A DNA stretch of 64,000 nucleotides, from positions 90,501 to 154,500 of the forward strand of contig JASBVO010000012.1 in assembly GCA_029961105.1 (NCBI GenBank), given 5' to 3'. The position numbers and the translations under genes are program-made. This DNA is from Micrococcus sp. (GTDB lineage Bacteria > Actinomycetota > Actinomycetes > Actinomycetales > Micrococcaceae). Every line of letters begins with the position of its first letter. The stretch's first letter is position 1. The notes below the pieces were generated by a model. It was not told where the DNA came from and did no database searches. It saw only the letters and a list, made by a program, of their open reading frames with translations. Positions 37,582 through 50,065 of this stretch are shown here, piece by piece.

Positions 37582-38555
37582 CAGAACAGCGCGACCTTCG
37601 GCACCGCCGGAAAGATCTCGTCCAGCTCGGCTCGCTCGGCCGCCGTCGGCACCCAGCGCACGGCCCCGGCGTTCTGGCGCACCTGCTCGGGGCGGGTGGC
37701 CCCGGCGATCACCGAGGCGACCGGCTCCTGGGCGGCCAGCCACGAGAAGGCCAGGTCCACCTCGGTCAGCCCGCGTTCCCGGGCGAAGTCGCCGTAGCGC
37801 CGCAGCTGGTCCAGGTCGGCGTCCCGGACCATGTGCGTGCGGGTGTGGGAGAGCCGGGAGCCCGCCGGGGCGGACCCGGACGAGTACTTGCCGGTCAGCA
37901 TCCCGTTGGCCAGCGGGAAGTAGGGCAGCACGCCCAGCCCGTAGGCCCGGGCCGCCGGCAGCACCTCGAGCTCGGCGCGGCGGTCCAGCAGGTTGTAGTG
38001 GTTCTGGGCGGAGACGAACCGCTCGGTGCCCAGCTCCCGGGCCACGAACTCGGCCTCGGCGATCTGCCAGCCGGCCCGGTTCGAGTGCCCGACGTAGCGC
38101 ACCTTGCCGGAGCGGACCAGGTCGTCCAGGGCGGAGAGCGTCTCCTCGATCGGCGTGGCCTCGTCCGGGGTGTGGAACTGGTACAGGTCGATCCAGTCCG
38201 TGCCCAGCCGCCGCAGGGACGCCTCCACCGCCTGGACGATGTACCGCCGGGAGCCGCGCGCCCCGAAGTCCGGGCCGTTGGCCCCGCCGGCGTCCAACCC
38301 GAACTTCGTGGCCAGCACGACCTCGGCCCGGCGGGTGCCGAGCGCGGCCCCGAGGCGCTCCTCGCTCAGCCCGGCGGTGGCTCCGTAGGTGTCCGCCACG
38401 TCGAACAGGGTCACCCCGGCGTCCAGGGCGGCGTGCACGACGGCGTCCGTCCCGTCCTGCTCCAGGGTGGCGGTGCCGGGGCGGCCGAGGTTGTTGCAGC
38501 CGAGGCCGACGACGGAGACGGTCAGCCCGGAACGGCCGAGGCGTCGGTACTGCAT
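37581..38555 (-). CDS. aldo/keto reductase
   Basis: 324 aa: MQYRRLGRSGLTVSVVGLGCNNLG, DVADTYG, and active-site Y/K/H context (VLATKFG; YQFH; VGHSN), a typical AKR family. Confidence 0.92.
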   Translation of the reverse strand: MQYRRLGRSGLTVSVVGLGCNNLGRPGTATLEQDGTDAVVHAALDAGVTLFDVADTYGATAGLSEERLGAALGTRRAEVVLATKFGLDAGGANGPDFGARGSRRYIVQAVEASLRRLGTDWIDLYQFHTPDEATPIEETLSALDDLVRSGKVRYVGHSNRAGWQIAEAEFVARELGTERFVSAQNHYNLLDRRAELEVLPAARAYGLGVLPYFPLANGMLTGKYSSGSAPAGSRLSHTRTHMVRDADLDQLRRYGDFARERGLTEVDLAFSWLAAQEPVASVIAGATRPEQVRQNAGAVRWVPTAAERAELDEIFPAVPKVALF

Positions 38556-38582
38556 GTCAGGGGTCCTTCCGAGGACGGTGGA

Positions 38583-39080
38583 TCAGGCGGAGGTGGTCAC
38601 GCGCGAGGCCTGCACGCCGGCGAGCCGGGCCGCGGCCGGAACCTCGTCGGCGGCCTTGCGCCGGTGTGGGGTGGCCACCTCGAAGACGACCTGTCCGGAC
38701 TCGACCCGCTCGGCGACGACCTCGCCCAGCCCGCGCCAGGCCAGCTGGTTCGTCAGCTCACCCCGCAGCTTCACCACCAGTCCGCGCTCGACCGCCGTCG
38801 GCTCGGCGCCCTTCAGGCGATACGCCACCTGGAGCCGGTCCAGTTCCTCGGCGGGCAGCTCGGCGAAGCCGTCCTCTGCGCACTGAGCGGCGAAGCCGGC
38901 GAGCAGCTCCTCACCGGCCTCGTCGTCCGCGACCTTCTCGGCCGACGTCGTGCCGGTGGAGCCCACGCGGCCGTGGTGGACGACAACCTCACCGCTGCCC
39001 GGGGCGAACCAGGCCTCCCGGTAGTCCAGGCGGGACTGTCCGGCGTCCTCGCTGCGCCGGTAGGTGCGAACGATGCTCAT
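38583..39080 (-). CDS. hypothetical protein with WGR-like N-terminal domain (tentative)
   Basis: I take only the last 165 aa of the 388-aa ORF as real. The ATG forms an ATGA overlap with the dxs stop. [29 protein letters not shown]...[22 protein letters not shown] resembles the WGR domain pattern (Y...W......v..wGRiGt.Gq....f.s.eeA...f..l...K...GY). Confidence 0.55.
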   Translation of the reverse strand: MSIVRTYRRSEDAGQSRLDYREAWFAPGSGEVVVHHGRVGSTGTTSAEKVADDEAGEELLAGFAAQCAEDGFAELPAEELDRLQVAYRLKGAEPTAVERGLVVKLRGELTNQLAWRGLGEVVAERVESGQVVFEVATPHRRKAADEVPAAARLAGVQASRVTTSA

Positions 39081-41068
39081 GAGTGGCCCTCCGTCGTCGG
39101 GATCGGGCCGGTGTCCTGGCCCGTGAGTGGACGCGCGAACGGCACCTTGGTGCCGAGGACCTGCGCGACGGTGTCGTGGGCGACCTGGCGGGCCGTCAGG
39201 CCGGTGCGCTCCAGCACCTGCTCCCGGCTGCCGTGGGCCAGGAACTCCACGGGCAGGCCGACCTCGTTCAGGGCGGTGTCCACGCCGTGGGCGCGCATCT
39301 CCTGCCGGATCCGGGAGCCGACGCCGCCGGCCCGCACCCCGTCCTCGAGGCAGACCACGATCCGGTGGTCCGCGGCCATCTCGATGACCGAGCGGTGCAC
39401 CGGCAACACCCACCGGGGGTCGATCACGGTGGCGGAGATGCCCTGGGCGGCCAGTCGGGCGGCCACGTCCAGGCCCAGCTCGGCCAGGGCGCCCACGGCG
39501 ACGATCAGCACGTCGCGCTCGGCCCCGGGCTCCTCGGAGGCGGCGCCCAGGCGCAGCAGCACGTCCACGCCGTCGTCGAGGCGTTCCAGGGCGGCGATCT
39601 CCGGGCCGACCGAGCCCTTGGAGAACCGCACCACGGTCGGGGCGTCCTCCACGGCCACGGCCTCGCGCAGTTCCTCGCGGAGCCGTTCCGCGTCCCGCGG
39701 CGCGGCGATCCGCAGCGAGGGCACGGACTGCAGCAGCGCCAGGTCCCACATGCCGTGGTGGCTGGGCCCGTCCGGCCCGGTGACGCCGGCACGGTCCAGC
39801 ACGAAGGTCACGCCGGCGCGGTGCAGTCCGACGTCCATCAGCACCTGGTCGTAGGCGCGGTTGAGGAACGTGGCGTAGACGGCGACCACCGGGTGCAGTC
39901 CGCCGAAGGCCATGCCGGCGGCGGAGGTCACCGCGTGCTGTTCGGCGATGCCGACGTCGTAGACCCGCTGCGGGTGCTTCTCGGCCATCTGGCCCAGGCC
40001 GACGGGGATCTTCATCGCGGCGGTGATGGCCACGATGTCCTGGCGCTCGTCGGCGATCCTCACGATCTCGTCGCCGAACACGGAGGTCCAGGACGGTCCG
40101 GAGCTGGAGGCCACCGGCTCGCCGGTCTCCGGGTCGATCCGCCCGATCGCGTGGAACTGGTCGTCCTCATGGGCGACCGCCGGGGCGTAGCCGTGGCCCT
40201 TCTCCGTCATGGCGTGGACGATGACCGGGCCCTCGTAGTTGCGCGCATCAGCCAGGGCCTCCTCGAGCTCGTCCTGGTCGTGCCCGTTGATGGGACCGAT
40301 GTACTTCATCCCGAGGTCCTCGAAGAGCCCCTGCGGCGCCCACCAGTCCTTGATGCCCTTCTTCGTGGCGTGCAGGGAGCGGTAGACGAAGCGTCCGGCC
40401 GCACCGGAGGTCTGCAGCCGGCCCTTCCAGAAGTCGAGGGTGTCCTCGTAGGTGCGGTGGGTGCGCAGCTTGTCCAGGAAGGCGCGGCGCAGGGCGGAGA
40501 GCTGGTTCGCCAGGCCCCCGACGGTGGGCGCGTAGGACCGGCCGTTGTCATTGACCACGATCACCACGCGGCGGTCCCGGTCCGCGGCGATGTTGTTGAT
40601 GGCCTCCCAGGCCATGCCGCCGGTCAGCGCGCCGTCGCCGATCACGGCGACCACGTAGCGGTCCCCCTCACCGCGCAGGGTCCAGGCGCGGGAGATGCCG
40701 TCCGCCCAGGACAGGGAGGAGGAGGCGTGTGAGGACTCGACGACGTCGTGCACCGACTCGCCCCGGTCGCCGTAGCCGGAGAGCCCGCCCTGCTGGCGCA
40801 GCGTGGAGAAGTCCTGGCGCCCGGTGACGAGCTTGTGCACGTACGACTGGTGTCCGGTGTCGAAGATCACCGCGTCCCGCGGCGAGTCGAACGTCCGGTG
40901 GATCGCCAGGGTCAGCTCGACCACCCCGAGGTTGGGGCCGAGGTGGCCGCCGGTCCGGGAGACGTTGGCGATCAGGAAGGTCCGGATCTCCTCCGCCAGC
41001 CTGCGGACCTGGCCGGGGGTGAGCCTGCTGAGGTCCTGGGGTGAACGGATGGTTTCGAGAAGGCCCAC
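39077..41068 (-). CDS. dxs: 1-deoxy-D-xylulose-5-phosphate synthase
   Basis: 663 aa: [33 protein letters not shown]..., [14 protein letters not shown], the TPP motif [13 protein letters not shown]...NDN, and a transketolase-like C-terminus. Confidence 0.97.
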   Translation of the reverse strand: MGLLETIRSPQDLSRLTPGQVRRLAEEIRTFLIANVSRTGGHLGPNLGVVELTLAIHRTFDSPRDAVIFDTGHQSYVHKLVTGRQDFSTLRQQGGLSGYGDRGESVHDVVESSHASSSLSWADGISRAWTLRGEGDRYVVAVIGDGALTGGMAWEAINNIAADRDRRVVIVVNDNGRSYAPTVGGLANQLSALRRAFLDKLRTHRTYEDTLDFWKGRLQTSGAAGRFVYRSLHATKKGIKDWWAPQGLFEDLGMKYIGPINGHDQDELEEALADARNYEGPVIVHAMTEKGHGYAPAVAHEDDQFHAIGRIDPETGEPVASSSGPSWTSVFGDEIVRIADERQDIVAITAAMKIPVGLGQMAEKHPQRVYDVGIAEQHAVTSAAGMAFGGLHPVVAVYATFLNRAYDQVLMDVGLHRAGVTFVLDRAGVTGPDGPSHHGMWDLALLQSVPSLRIAAPRDAERLREELREAVAVEDAPTVVRFSKGSVGPEIAALERLDDGVDVLLRLGAASEEPGAERDVLIVAVGALAELGLDVAARLAAQGISATVIDPRWVLPVHRSVIEMAADHRIVVCLEDGVRAGGVGSRIRQEMRAHGVDTALNEVGLPVEFLAHGSREQVLERTGLTARQVAHDTVAQVLGTKVPFARPLTGQDTGPIPTTEGHS

Positions 41069-41212
41069 GGGCAGGCGGTCCTTTCGGCCGGAGTCAGGGA
41101 TGTCGGGGGTGACGGTGCCCCCTACGATACCGTGCGGTCAGCGCCGGTGTGTCCGGGCCGGCGTCGGGCCCGCGCGGCGCGTCCCGGCGGCGGCGCGCCC
41201 GCGCCAGACGAC

Positions 41213-41265
41213 GACGGGCCGGGACCGAAGTGGGGTCCCGGCCCGTCCGGTGACTCACGTCACCG
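41213..41265 (-). terminator. tandem stem-loops downstream of acn
   Basis: Hairpin 41248-41265 (CGGTGAC-tcac-GTCACCG), then hairpin 41213-41247 (14-bp stem GACGGGCCGGGACC / GGTCCCGGCCCGTC), starting 18 nt after the acn stop. Confidence 0.6.
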
Positions 41266-41282
41266 CGCGGTCAGCGCTGCGG

Positions 41283-43982
<2,700 letters not shown>

Positions 43983-44112
43983 GGAGGACTCCTCTTCCCG
44001 CCCTGCGTCAGGGCGATTGGCCGGTCTTGAGTGCCATCGCCGCGCCTTCCGGACCTCCCGGCACCGCGTACGGGCGGTGCCGGACCGGTGGCCACGGCCA
44101 AGTGCCGGTCCC

Positions 44113-44128
44113 GTGACGACATCGTCAC
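44113..44128. promoter_or_regulatory. 7-2-7 palindrome GTGACGA-CA-TCGTCAC in the acn leader (candidate operator)
   Basis: Perfect inverted repeat 131-146 nt upstream of the acn GTG. It lies 17-37 nt downstream (in the acn direction) of a TAGGAT -10-like hexamer (complement of 44145-44150). Confidence 0.3.
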
Positions 44129-44248
44129 AGGGGGCTCGCCGACCATCCTATCCCCATGGGCGGCCTATCATCCGTCGTTTCACGGGCAGTGACACGGCAT
44201 CTTGACACCCCGTCAGGGTTTCCTGACACCACGTGCGCGCCCGGTGCG

Positions 44249-45706
44249 TCAGCGCCGCACCAGCAGGGCGACCGACTCCATGTGGTGGGTGTCGGGGTAC
44301 AGGTCGTAGACGTCCGCGGTCTCCACGGACCAGCCGGCCTGGTTCAGCAGCCCCAGGTCCCGGGCGAAGGAGGCGGGGTCGCAGGAGACGTACACGATGC
44401 GCTTCGGGTCCAGCCGGTGGATGCGCTCCACGGCGGTCTTTCCGGCGCCGGCCCGCGGTGGGTCCAGCACCACGGTGTCCACGCGCCGCCCGCCCAGGCC
44501 GCAGGCCGCCACCGAGGCCGCGGGATCCTTCAGCCAGCCGCCCAGGACGCGGTCGGTCAGGCCGTTGAGAACGGCGGCCTGCTCCACCCCGTGCAGGTTG
44601 CGCCGGGCGTCCCGGCTGGCCCCCGGGGAGGCTTCCACGGACAGCACCAGCCCCCGCGTCCCGACGGCGTCGGCCAGGTACGCGGTGAAGAGGCCTGCGC
44701 CGGCGTACAGGTCGGCGATGACCTCGCCGGGCTGCGGGGCCGCGGCCTCCAGGACGGCGTCCACCAGCATCTGGGGGGCCGCCCGGTGGACCTGCCAGAA
44801 TCCGTCGCCGGTGATCCGGTAGGTCTTCCTGCCGCCGATCCGGGACTCCACGACCTCCTGCGTCCAGGTGCGGCCGCGCAGCCGGTGGAGCGAGGGACGG
44901 TCCCCGGGCCTCTCCGGCGGGACCGCCAGGACCACGGAGGTCCCCTCCGGCAGCCGGCCCGTCTGGCGGTGCATCCGGCCGCCGAGCTGGGCGAGGTCGG
45001 CGCCCTCGACCGGGGTCAGCACCACGAGCGAGGCCTGGCCGTCCGCGGGGGTGGCCACCTCCACGCGGTCGATGCCCGTGAGGTCGAGCTCCCACAGCTT
45101 CAGGGCGTCCAGGCCGGGGACGCCCAGCGGCATGTTCCGCACCGGGACCAGCACGGTGGAGCGGTGGGCGTGCATCGCCAGCCTGCCAGTGCGCGTCACG
45201 GCGAAGGAGTTGCGGGTGCGCCAGTGCAACCCCGAGGGGTCGTCTCCCGGGGCGCCGGTCACGTGGACGTCGAGCTGGATGCCGGCGATCCGGGCCACCG
45301 TGTCCCGGAACACCTGCGCCTTGAGCCGGCGCTGGTGCGGCAGCACGATGTGCCCGAACTCCGCCCCGCCCACCGGCAGGCGTCCGGCGGCATGGGCGCG
45401 CAGCGAGTCCGCGAGCTTCCACTGGTGGGTACGCCGGAACTCGGACGACTGCAGGACCTCGACGGCGTCGGCACGCCAGTACCGGGCCCCCTCCCCCGCC
45501 TCGGTGACGAGGGCCCGCACCACCTCACCGGGGATGGCGTGGCGGACGAAGACCACCCGCCCGTCGTAGCGGGCCACGCAGTGGCCGCCGTGGGCCATGG
45601 GCCCGGCCTCGAGTTCGAGCATCTGGGGCACGTCGTAGGCGCCGGAATCTTCGTCGACGGGCCGGAGGGCCCCCTCGATCCTGCTGGTATCCCGGGTACT
45701 GGTCAT
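44249..45706 (-). CDS. TrmA-family class I SAM-dependent RNA (uracil-5) methyltransferase with TRAM domain
   Basis: 485 aa. ATG has GGAGGA 8 nt upstream. TRAM-like start (LELEAGPMAHGGHCVARYDGRVVFVRHAIPGE), SAM motif DLYAGAGLF, DPPRAG, and the catalytic region YVSCDPASFARD. Confidence 0.85.
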   Translation of the reverse strand: MTSTRDTSRIEGALRPVDEDSGAYDVPQMLELEAGPMAHGGHCVARYDGRVVFVRHAIPGEVVRALVTEAGEGARYWRADAVEVLQSSEFRRTHQWKLADSLRAHAAGRLPVGGAEFGHIVLPHQRRLKAQVFRDTVARIAGIQLDVHVTGAPGDDPSGLHWRTRNSFAVTRTGRLAMHAHRSTVLVPVRNMPLGVPGLDALKLWELDLTGIDRVEVATPADGQASLVVLTPVEGADLAQLGGRMHRQTGRLPEGTSVVLAVPPERPGDRPSLHRLRGRTWTQEVVESRIGGRKTYRITGDGFWQVHRAAPQMLVDAVLEAAAPQPGEVIADLYAGAGLFTAYLADAVGTRGLVLSVEASPGASRDARRNLHGVEQAAVLNGLTDRVLGGWLKDPAASVAACGLGGRRVDTVVLDPPRAGAGKTAVERIHRLDPKRIVYVSCDPASFARDLGLLNQAGWSVETADVYDLYPDTHHMESVALLVRR

Positions 45707-45720
45707 CCTCGCCGTCCTCC

Positions 45721-47811
45721 TCAGCGGTCGTGGGCCCCCGCGTCCAGACGACCGGTCTCCTCGACCGTCGACGCGTTGCCCTTGACCTCAGACTGTACTG
45801 GCCCGGGTCCACTCTCCGGCCGGGTGGAGACGGATTCAGGTAGCGGACGCGTATGGCCATCCGTTCCCTGCGTGCGGGAAAGCTGCCACGGTACCGATGC
45901 GACCATCACCCCGGGCTCGCGGTGCAGTCGTTCCTTGATGCGCTGGGTGGTGCGGTTGTGCAGCAGGGACTGCCAGCCGTGGGCCACGACGTACTCGGGG
46001 ATGTAGACCACCACCAGGTCCCGGGGGGAGCTCCGGCGCAGCGTCCTCAGGTGGCGGATCAGCGGCTCGGCCATCTCCCGGTACGGGGAGGCCAGCACGG
46101 TGACCGGGACGGGCAGCTCGAGCCGGTCCCACTCGGCGAGCAGCTTCCGGGTGGTGCCCTTGTCCAGGTCCACCACCACCGCCTCGAGGCTGGACGGCCG
46201 CGACGCGCGGGCGTAGGCCAGGGCACGCAGCGTGGGACGCTGCACGCTCATCACCAGGACCATGGCGTGCACGCGGGAGGGCAGCGCCCGGGCGTCCTCG
46301 GCTGGTGTGAGGTCGAGCTCGGCGGCGACGGCGTCGTAATGGGCCCGGATGCGGGCCATGAAGAACACCATGACCGCGATGGCCAGCAGGGCCACCCAGG
46401 CGCCCTGGCTGAACCGGGTGACCAGGACCACCACGGCGACCAGTGCCGTCACGGCGAAGCCCACCAGGTTCACCGCCCGCCGGAAGCGCACCGCCTGGCG
46501 CTGCCGGCCTCCTGGGGTGTGGACGAGCTGGCGGGTCCAGTGCCGCACCATGCCCAGCTGGCTGACCGTGAAGGACAGGAACACGCCGATCACGTACAGC
46601 TGGACCAGCAGGGCCGTCTGGGCCTGGAACGCCGTCACCAGGGCCAGCGCCGCCAGGGTGAGCAGCGCGATCCCGTTGGTGTAGCCGAGCCGGTCACCGC
46701 GGGTGAGCAACTGGCGGGGCAGATAGGCGTCCCGGGCCAGCCGGGAGGTCAGCTCCGGGAAGGACTTGAACGCGGAGTGCCCGGCGAGCAGTAGCAGGAC
46801 GGCCACCAGCAGCACCAGCGCCCCGGCCAGGATCCCGCCGTGGCCCAGCACGGCGTTGGCGAGCTGGGCGAGCACCGGGTTCTGGACGTAGTCCGCGGGG
46901 ACCTCGCCGCCCCCGGCGGTCCGCAGGGTGGCCGGGTCCAGGACGAACACCACGCCCGTGCGGTCGGCCAGGTACATCACCCCCAGCGTGGAGGCCCCGG
47001 CGATCAGCCCCATGGCCAGCATGACGAACCGGGCGGTCCCGATCCGCGGCTGTGCCATGGCGTCCACGTTGGCGGCGGGCACCTCCACGCCGGTGGCCAG
47101 CGCCGACCCGGACGAGAAGGCCCGCACCGCCAGGACCGCCAGGGCCAGTCCGCCCAGTCCCTGCGCGAACGCCGGGTCCGGGACGGGCTCCACGTCCGCC
47201 GACCGGGCCTCGCCGAGCGTGCCGGTGAAGTCCTGGACCAGCCCGCTGACCAGCATCCCGAACAGCAGGGCCAGGAACAGGTAGACCAGCACGGCGGGGA
47301 GCAGCCGTCCGCGGCCGGCGCCGCGGACGTTGGCGATGGCCAGGATCACGACGCCGGCCACCGCCACCCAGGGTTCGGCCCCGATGAGCGCGGGGAACAC
47401 GGCCGCCAGGTAGTGCGCCATGGCCGCCACCGAGACGGCCACCGTGAACACCAGGTCCAGCATCATGGCCGCCCCGACGGTGACCCCGGCCCAGGGCCCG
47501 AGGTTGGCGCGGGTGATCGCGTAGTCCCCGCCGCGGGGATAGGCGCTGATGGACACCCGGTAGGACAGCACGATCAGCAGCATCACGGCCACGACCACCA
47601 GCCCGATGTCCGGCCCCAGGGCCAGTGCGGCGGTGCCGCCCAAGGCGAGGGTCAGCAGGATCTCGTCCGGCGCGTAGGCGACCGAGGACAGGGCATTCGC
47701 GGAGAACACCGGCAGCGCAACGGCGCGCCCGAGGGGGCGGCTGCGCAACCGCTCGGTGTCGTAGGGCCGGCCGACGAGCAGTCGGCGGAACGCCTCCAGG
47801 ATCCTGGCCAC
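45721..47811 (-). CDS. APC-superfamily membrane protein with ~200-aa cytoplasmic C-terminal domain
   Basis: 696 aa with a GTG start. About 12 TM helices in the first ~480 aa (SANALSSVAYAPDEILL start typical of this clade), then a soluble tail (VHAMVLVMSVQRPTLRALAYAR...VVVYIPEYVVAHGWQSLLHN). Divergent from the trkA pair. Confidence 0.8.
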   Translation of the reverse strand: MARILEAFRRLLVGRPYDTERLRSRPLGRAVALPVFSANALSSVAYAPDEILLTLALGGTAALALGPDIGLVVVAVMLLIVLSYRVSISAYPRGGDYAITRANLGPWAGVTVGAAMMLDLVFTVAVSVAAMAHYLAAVFPALIGAEPWVAVAGVVILAIANVRGAGRGRLLPAVLVYLFLALLFGMLVSGLVQDFTGTLGEARSADVEPVPDPAFAQGLGGLALAVLAVRAFSSGSALATGVEVPAANVDAMAQPRIGTARFVMLAMGLIAGASTLGVMYLADRTGVVFVLDPATLRTAGGGEVPADYVQNPVLAQLANAVLGHGGILAGALVLLVAVLLLLAGHSAFKSFPELTSRLARDAYLPRQLLTRGDRLGYTNGIALLTLAALALVTAFQAQTALLVQLYVIGVFLSFTVSQLGMVRHWTRQLVHTPGGRQRQAVRFRRAVNLVGFAVTALVAVVVLVTRFSQGAWVALLAIAVMVFFMARIRAHYDAVAAELDLTPAEDARALPSRVHAMVLVMSVQRPTLRALAYARASRPSSLEAVVVDLDKGTTRKLLAEWDRLELPVPVTVLASPYREMAEPLIRHLRTLRRSSPRDLVVVYIPEYVVAHGWQSLLHNRTTQRIKERLHREPGVMVASVPWQLSRTQGTDGHTRPLPESVSTRPESGPGPVQSEVKGNASTVEETGRLDAGAHDR

Positions 47812-47907
47812 GGCTCAACGGTACATCCGGTCACGCCGCCACGAGGTCGCGTGGCACACTGGACTCGCCGCCACGCCGGCGGTGTCCTGGAGCAGGAGGG
47901 GAGCCAG

Positions 47908-48609
47908 ATGGCCCACTACGTGATCATGGGGTGCGGCCGGGTCGGGTCGTCCCTGGCCCTCACCCTGGAGCGGGGCGGGCACTCGGTGGCCGTCGTGGAC
48001 CAGGACGAGCACGCCTTCCGCCGCCTCGGACGGCAGTTCGGCGGGCAGCGGGTGACCGGCGTGGGCTTCGACCGTGACGCCCTGGCGCGGGCCCGGATCC
48101 AGGAGGCCTATGCCTTCGCGGCCGTGTCCTCGGGGGACAACTCGAACATCATCGCCGCCCGGGTGGCCCGGGAGACCTTCGGCGTGGAGCACGTGGTGGC
48201 CCGGATCTATGACCCCGGCCGGGCCGAGATCTACCAGCGGCTGAGCATCCCCACCGTGGCCGCGGTCCGCTGGTCCACGGACCAGGTGCTGCGGCGCATC
48301 CTGCCGGACACCGACCTGGCCGGGGACTTCCGCGATGCCTCCGGGCGCATCGTCATGGCCGAGGTGCGCGTCTCCCCGGACTGGATCGGCCGGCCCCTGG
48401 CGGAGCTGGAGGCGCAGGCCCGGGTGCGGATCGCCTTCGTCACCCGGTTCGGCGAGGGCATCGTCCCGGATGCCGGCACCCTCTACCAGCAGGGCGATAT
48501 CCTGCACGCCGTGATGGACGTGACCGGGCAGGACGATGCCGAGCGGATCCTGGCCGCCGGGCCGGGCCAGGACGCCGGGCCGGACGGCCAGGACGGGGGC
48601 CGGCCGTGA
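47908..48609 (+). CDS. trkA: TrkA-family (RCK) potassium uptake regulatory protein 1
   Basis: ATG 47908 with AGGAGGGGAG upstream. MAHYVIMGCGRVGSSLA is the GxGxxG of the TrkA-N NAD fold. A TrkA-C-like second half follows. Confidence 0.9.
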   Translation: MAHYVIMGCGRVGSSLALTLERGGHSVAVVDQDEHAFRRLGRQFGGQRVTGVGFDRDALARARIQEAYAFAAVSSGDNSNIIAARVARETFGVEHVVARIYDPGRAEIYQRLSIPTVAAVRWSTDQVLRRILPDTDLAGDFRDASGRIVMAEVRVSPDWIGRPLAELEAQARVRIAFVTRFGEGIVPDAGTLYQQGDILHAVMDVTGQDDAERILAAGPGQDAGPDGQDGGRP

Positions 48610-49340
48610 AGGTGGTGATCGCCGGGGCCGGCGCCGTCGGGTCGTCCATCGGCCGCGAGCTGCTGGCCAACGGGCACGAGGTGCTCCTCGTGGACGAGAA
48701 GCCGGAGGTGGTGACGCGGTCCGGCCTGCGCGGGGTGAAGTGGCTGATGGGCGACGCCTGCGAACTGGCGGTCCTGAAGGAGGCACACCTCGAGAGCGCG
48801 GACGTCCTGGTGGCCGCCACCGGTGATGACAAGGCGAACCTCGTGGTGTCACTGCTGGCGAAGTCCGAGTTCGGCGTCGGCCGGACCGTGGCGCGGGTCA
48901 ACAACCCGAAGAACGACTGGCTCTTCGACGAGTCCTGGGGCGTGGACGTGGCGGTGTCCACGCCGCGCATCATGACCGCGCTGGTCGAGGAGGCCGTGGA
49001 GACCGGGGACCTGGTGCGGCTGCTGACGCTGCGCTCGGGCAGCACCACGCTGGTGGAGTTCACCGTCCCGGCCGGTCACTGGGCACAGGGGCGCCGGCTG
49101 GGTTCGGTGTCCTGGCCGGCGGACGTCTCCGTGGTGACGATCATCCGGGACACCCGGCCCATCACCCCCAGTGACGATGACGTGATGGAGGTGGCCGACG
49201 AGCTGTTCTTCCTGGCCAGCGAGGAGTCCGAGGCCCGGCTGCGGGACCTGCTGGTGCCCGAGGAGGAGCGGCAGGCCCGGGCCGCCCGCCGCTCCCGCCG
49301 CGGCCCGGTGCGTGATCAGGCCGCGGCGGAGGGTCCCTGA
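48606..49340 (+). CDS. trkA: TrkA-family (RCK) potassium uptake regulatory protein 2
   Basis: GTG start in a GTGA overlap with the previous gene. MKVVIAGAGAVGSSIGREL is the GxGxxG motif. A TrkA-C domain and an Arg/Glu-rich tail follow. Confidence 0.9.
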   Translation: MKVVIAGAGAVGSSIGRELLANGHEVLLVDEKPEVVTRSGLRGVKWLMGDACELAVLKEAHLESADVLVAATGDDKANLVVSLLAKSEFGVGRTVARVNNPKNDWLFDESWGVDVAVSTPRIMTALVEEAVETGDLVRLLTLRSGSTTLVEFTVPAGHWAQGRRLGSVSWPADVSVVTIIRDTRPITPSDDDVMEVADELFFLASEESEARLRDLLVPEEERQARAARRSRRGPVRDQAAAEGP

Positions 49341-50065
49341 CCCGGATGCTCCAGGCGGTGCTCATCCGCCGGCGAGCGGCCGGGCGCCGCGGAGACCAGC
49401 CAGCCGAGCCACAGGGCCAGCGCGTAGAGGGGCAGGCCCATCACCAGGCGCGCCGTGCCCAGCGCCGTCAGCAGCTCGGCGGCATACAGCGGCACCTGCA
49501 CGACGAGCCGCAGGCCCAGCGCCGCGACCAGGAACCAGGTCGCCAGGGCGTAGCGCCGCCGTCGTCGCGGATCCTTCTGCCAGCCCAGGCCCTCATGGCG
49601 GATGATGCCGAAGACCAGGCCGAGCAGGGGCCAGCGCACCAGCACGGAGACGGACAGCACCAGGACATAGACCGCGTTGGTGAAGAAGCCCCAGACGTAG
49701 AAGTCCCGGGCCTCCCCCGTGTTCAGGGCTACCACCACGCACAGCGCGACGGCGGCCAGGCCGGCCAGTGCCTGCATCGGGCTCTGCCGCTGGACGAGCC
49801 GGATGATGCTGAAGACCGCGGCGACCGCCACGGCGGCGATGCCGGCACCCCACAGGTCCTGGCTGGCGACGAAGGCCACCAGGAACACCGCCGAGGGCAG
49901 CACGGACTCAAGCAGCCCCCGCCATCCGCCGATGGTCGCCAGCACGTCCAGGGACCCGTCATCGGTGGTCGCCGCCACGGAGCCCACCCGGCGCAGCGCC
50001 GCGTCCAGCGGGTCCACCGGCCCCCCGGACTCTTCAGGGATGTCCCGGGGTCCGGGGTCAGTCAT
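49316..50065 (-). CDS. DUF3159 domain-containing membrane protein
   Basis: 249 aa from ATG 50065 (8-nt overlap with the preceding OB-fold gene). About 6 TM helices. The motif GGWRGLLESVLPSAVFLV is typical of the DUF3159 family as I recall it. Confidence 0.7.
   Translation of the reverse strand: MTDPGPRDIPEESGGPVDPLDAALRRVGSVAATTDDGSLDVLATIGGWRGLLESVLPSAVFLVAFVASQDLWGAGIAAVAVAAVFSIIRLVQRQSPMQALAGLAAVALCVVVALNTGEARDFYVWGFFTNAVYVLVLSVSVLVRWPLLGLVFGIIRHEGLGWQKDPRRRRRYALATWFLVAALGLRLVVQVPLYAAELLTALGTARLVMGLPLYALALWLGWLVSAAPGRSPADEHRLEHPGQGPSAAA

Noticed and set aside
47812-47907. Possible cyclic-di-AMP (ydaO-type) or other riboswitch upstream of trkA
   Set aside because: The whole divergent intergenic region is 96 bp and must also hold two promoters. 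It is too short for that riboswitch and I saw none of its conserved motifs.
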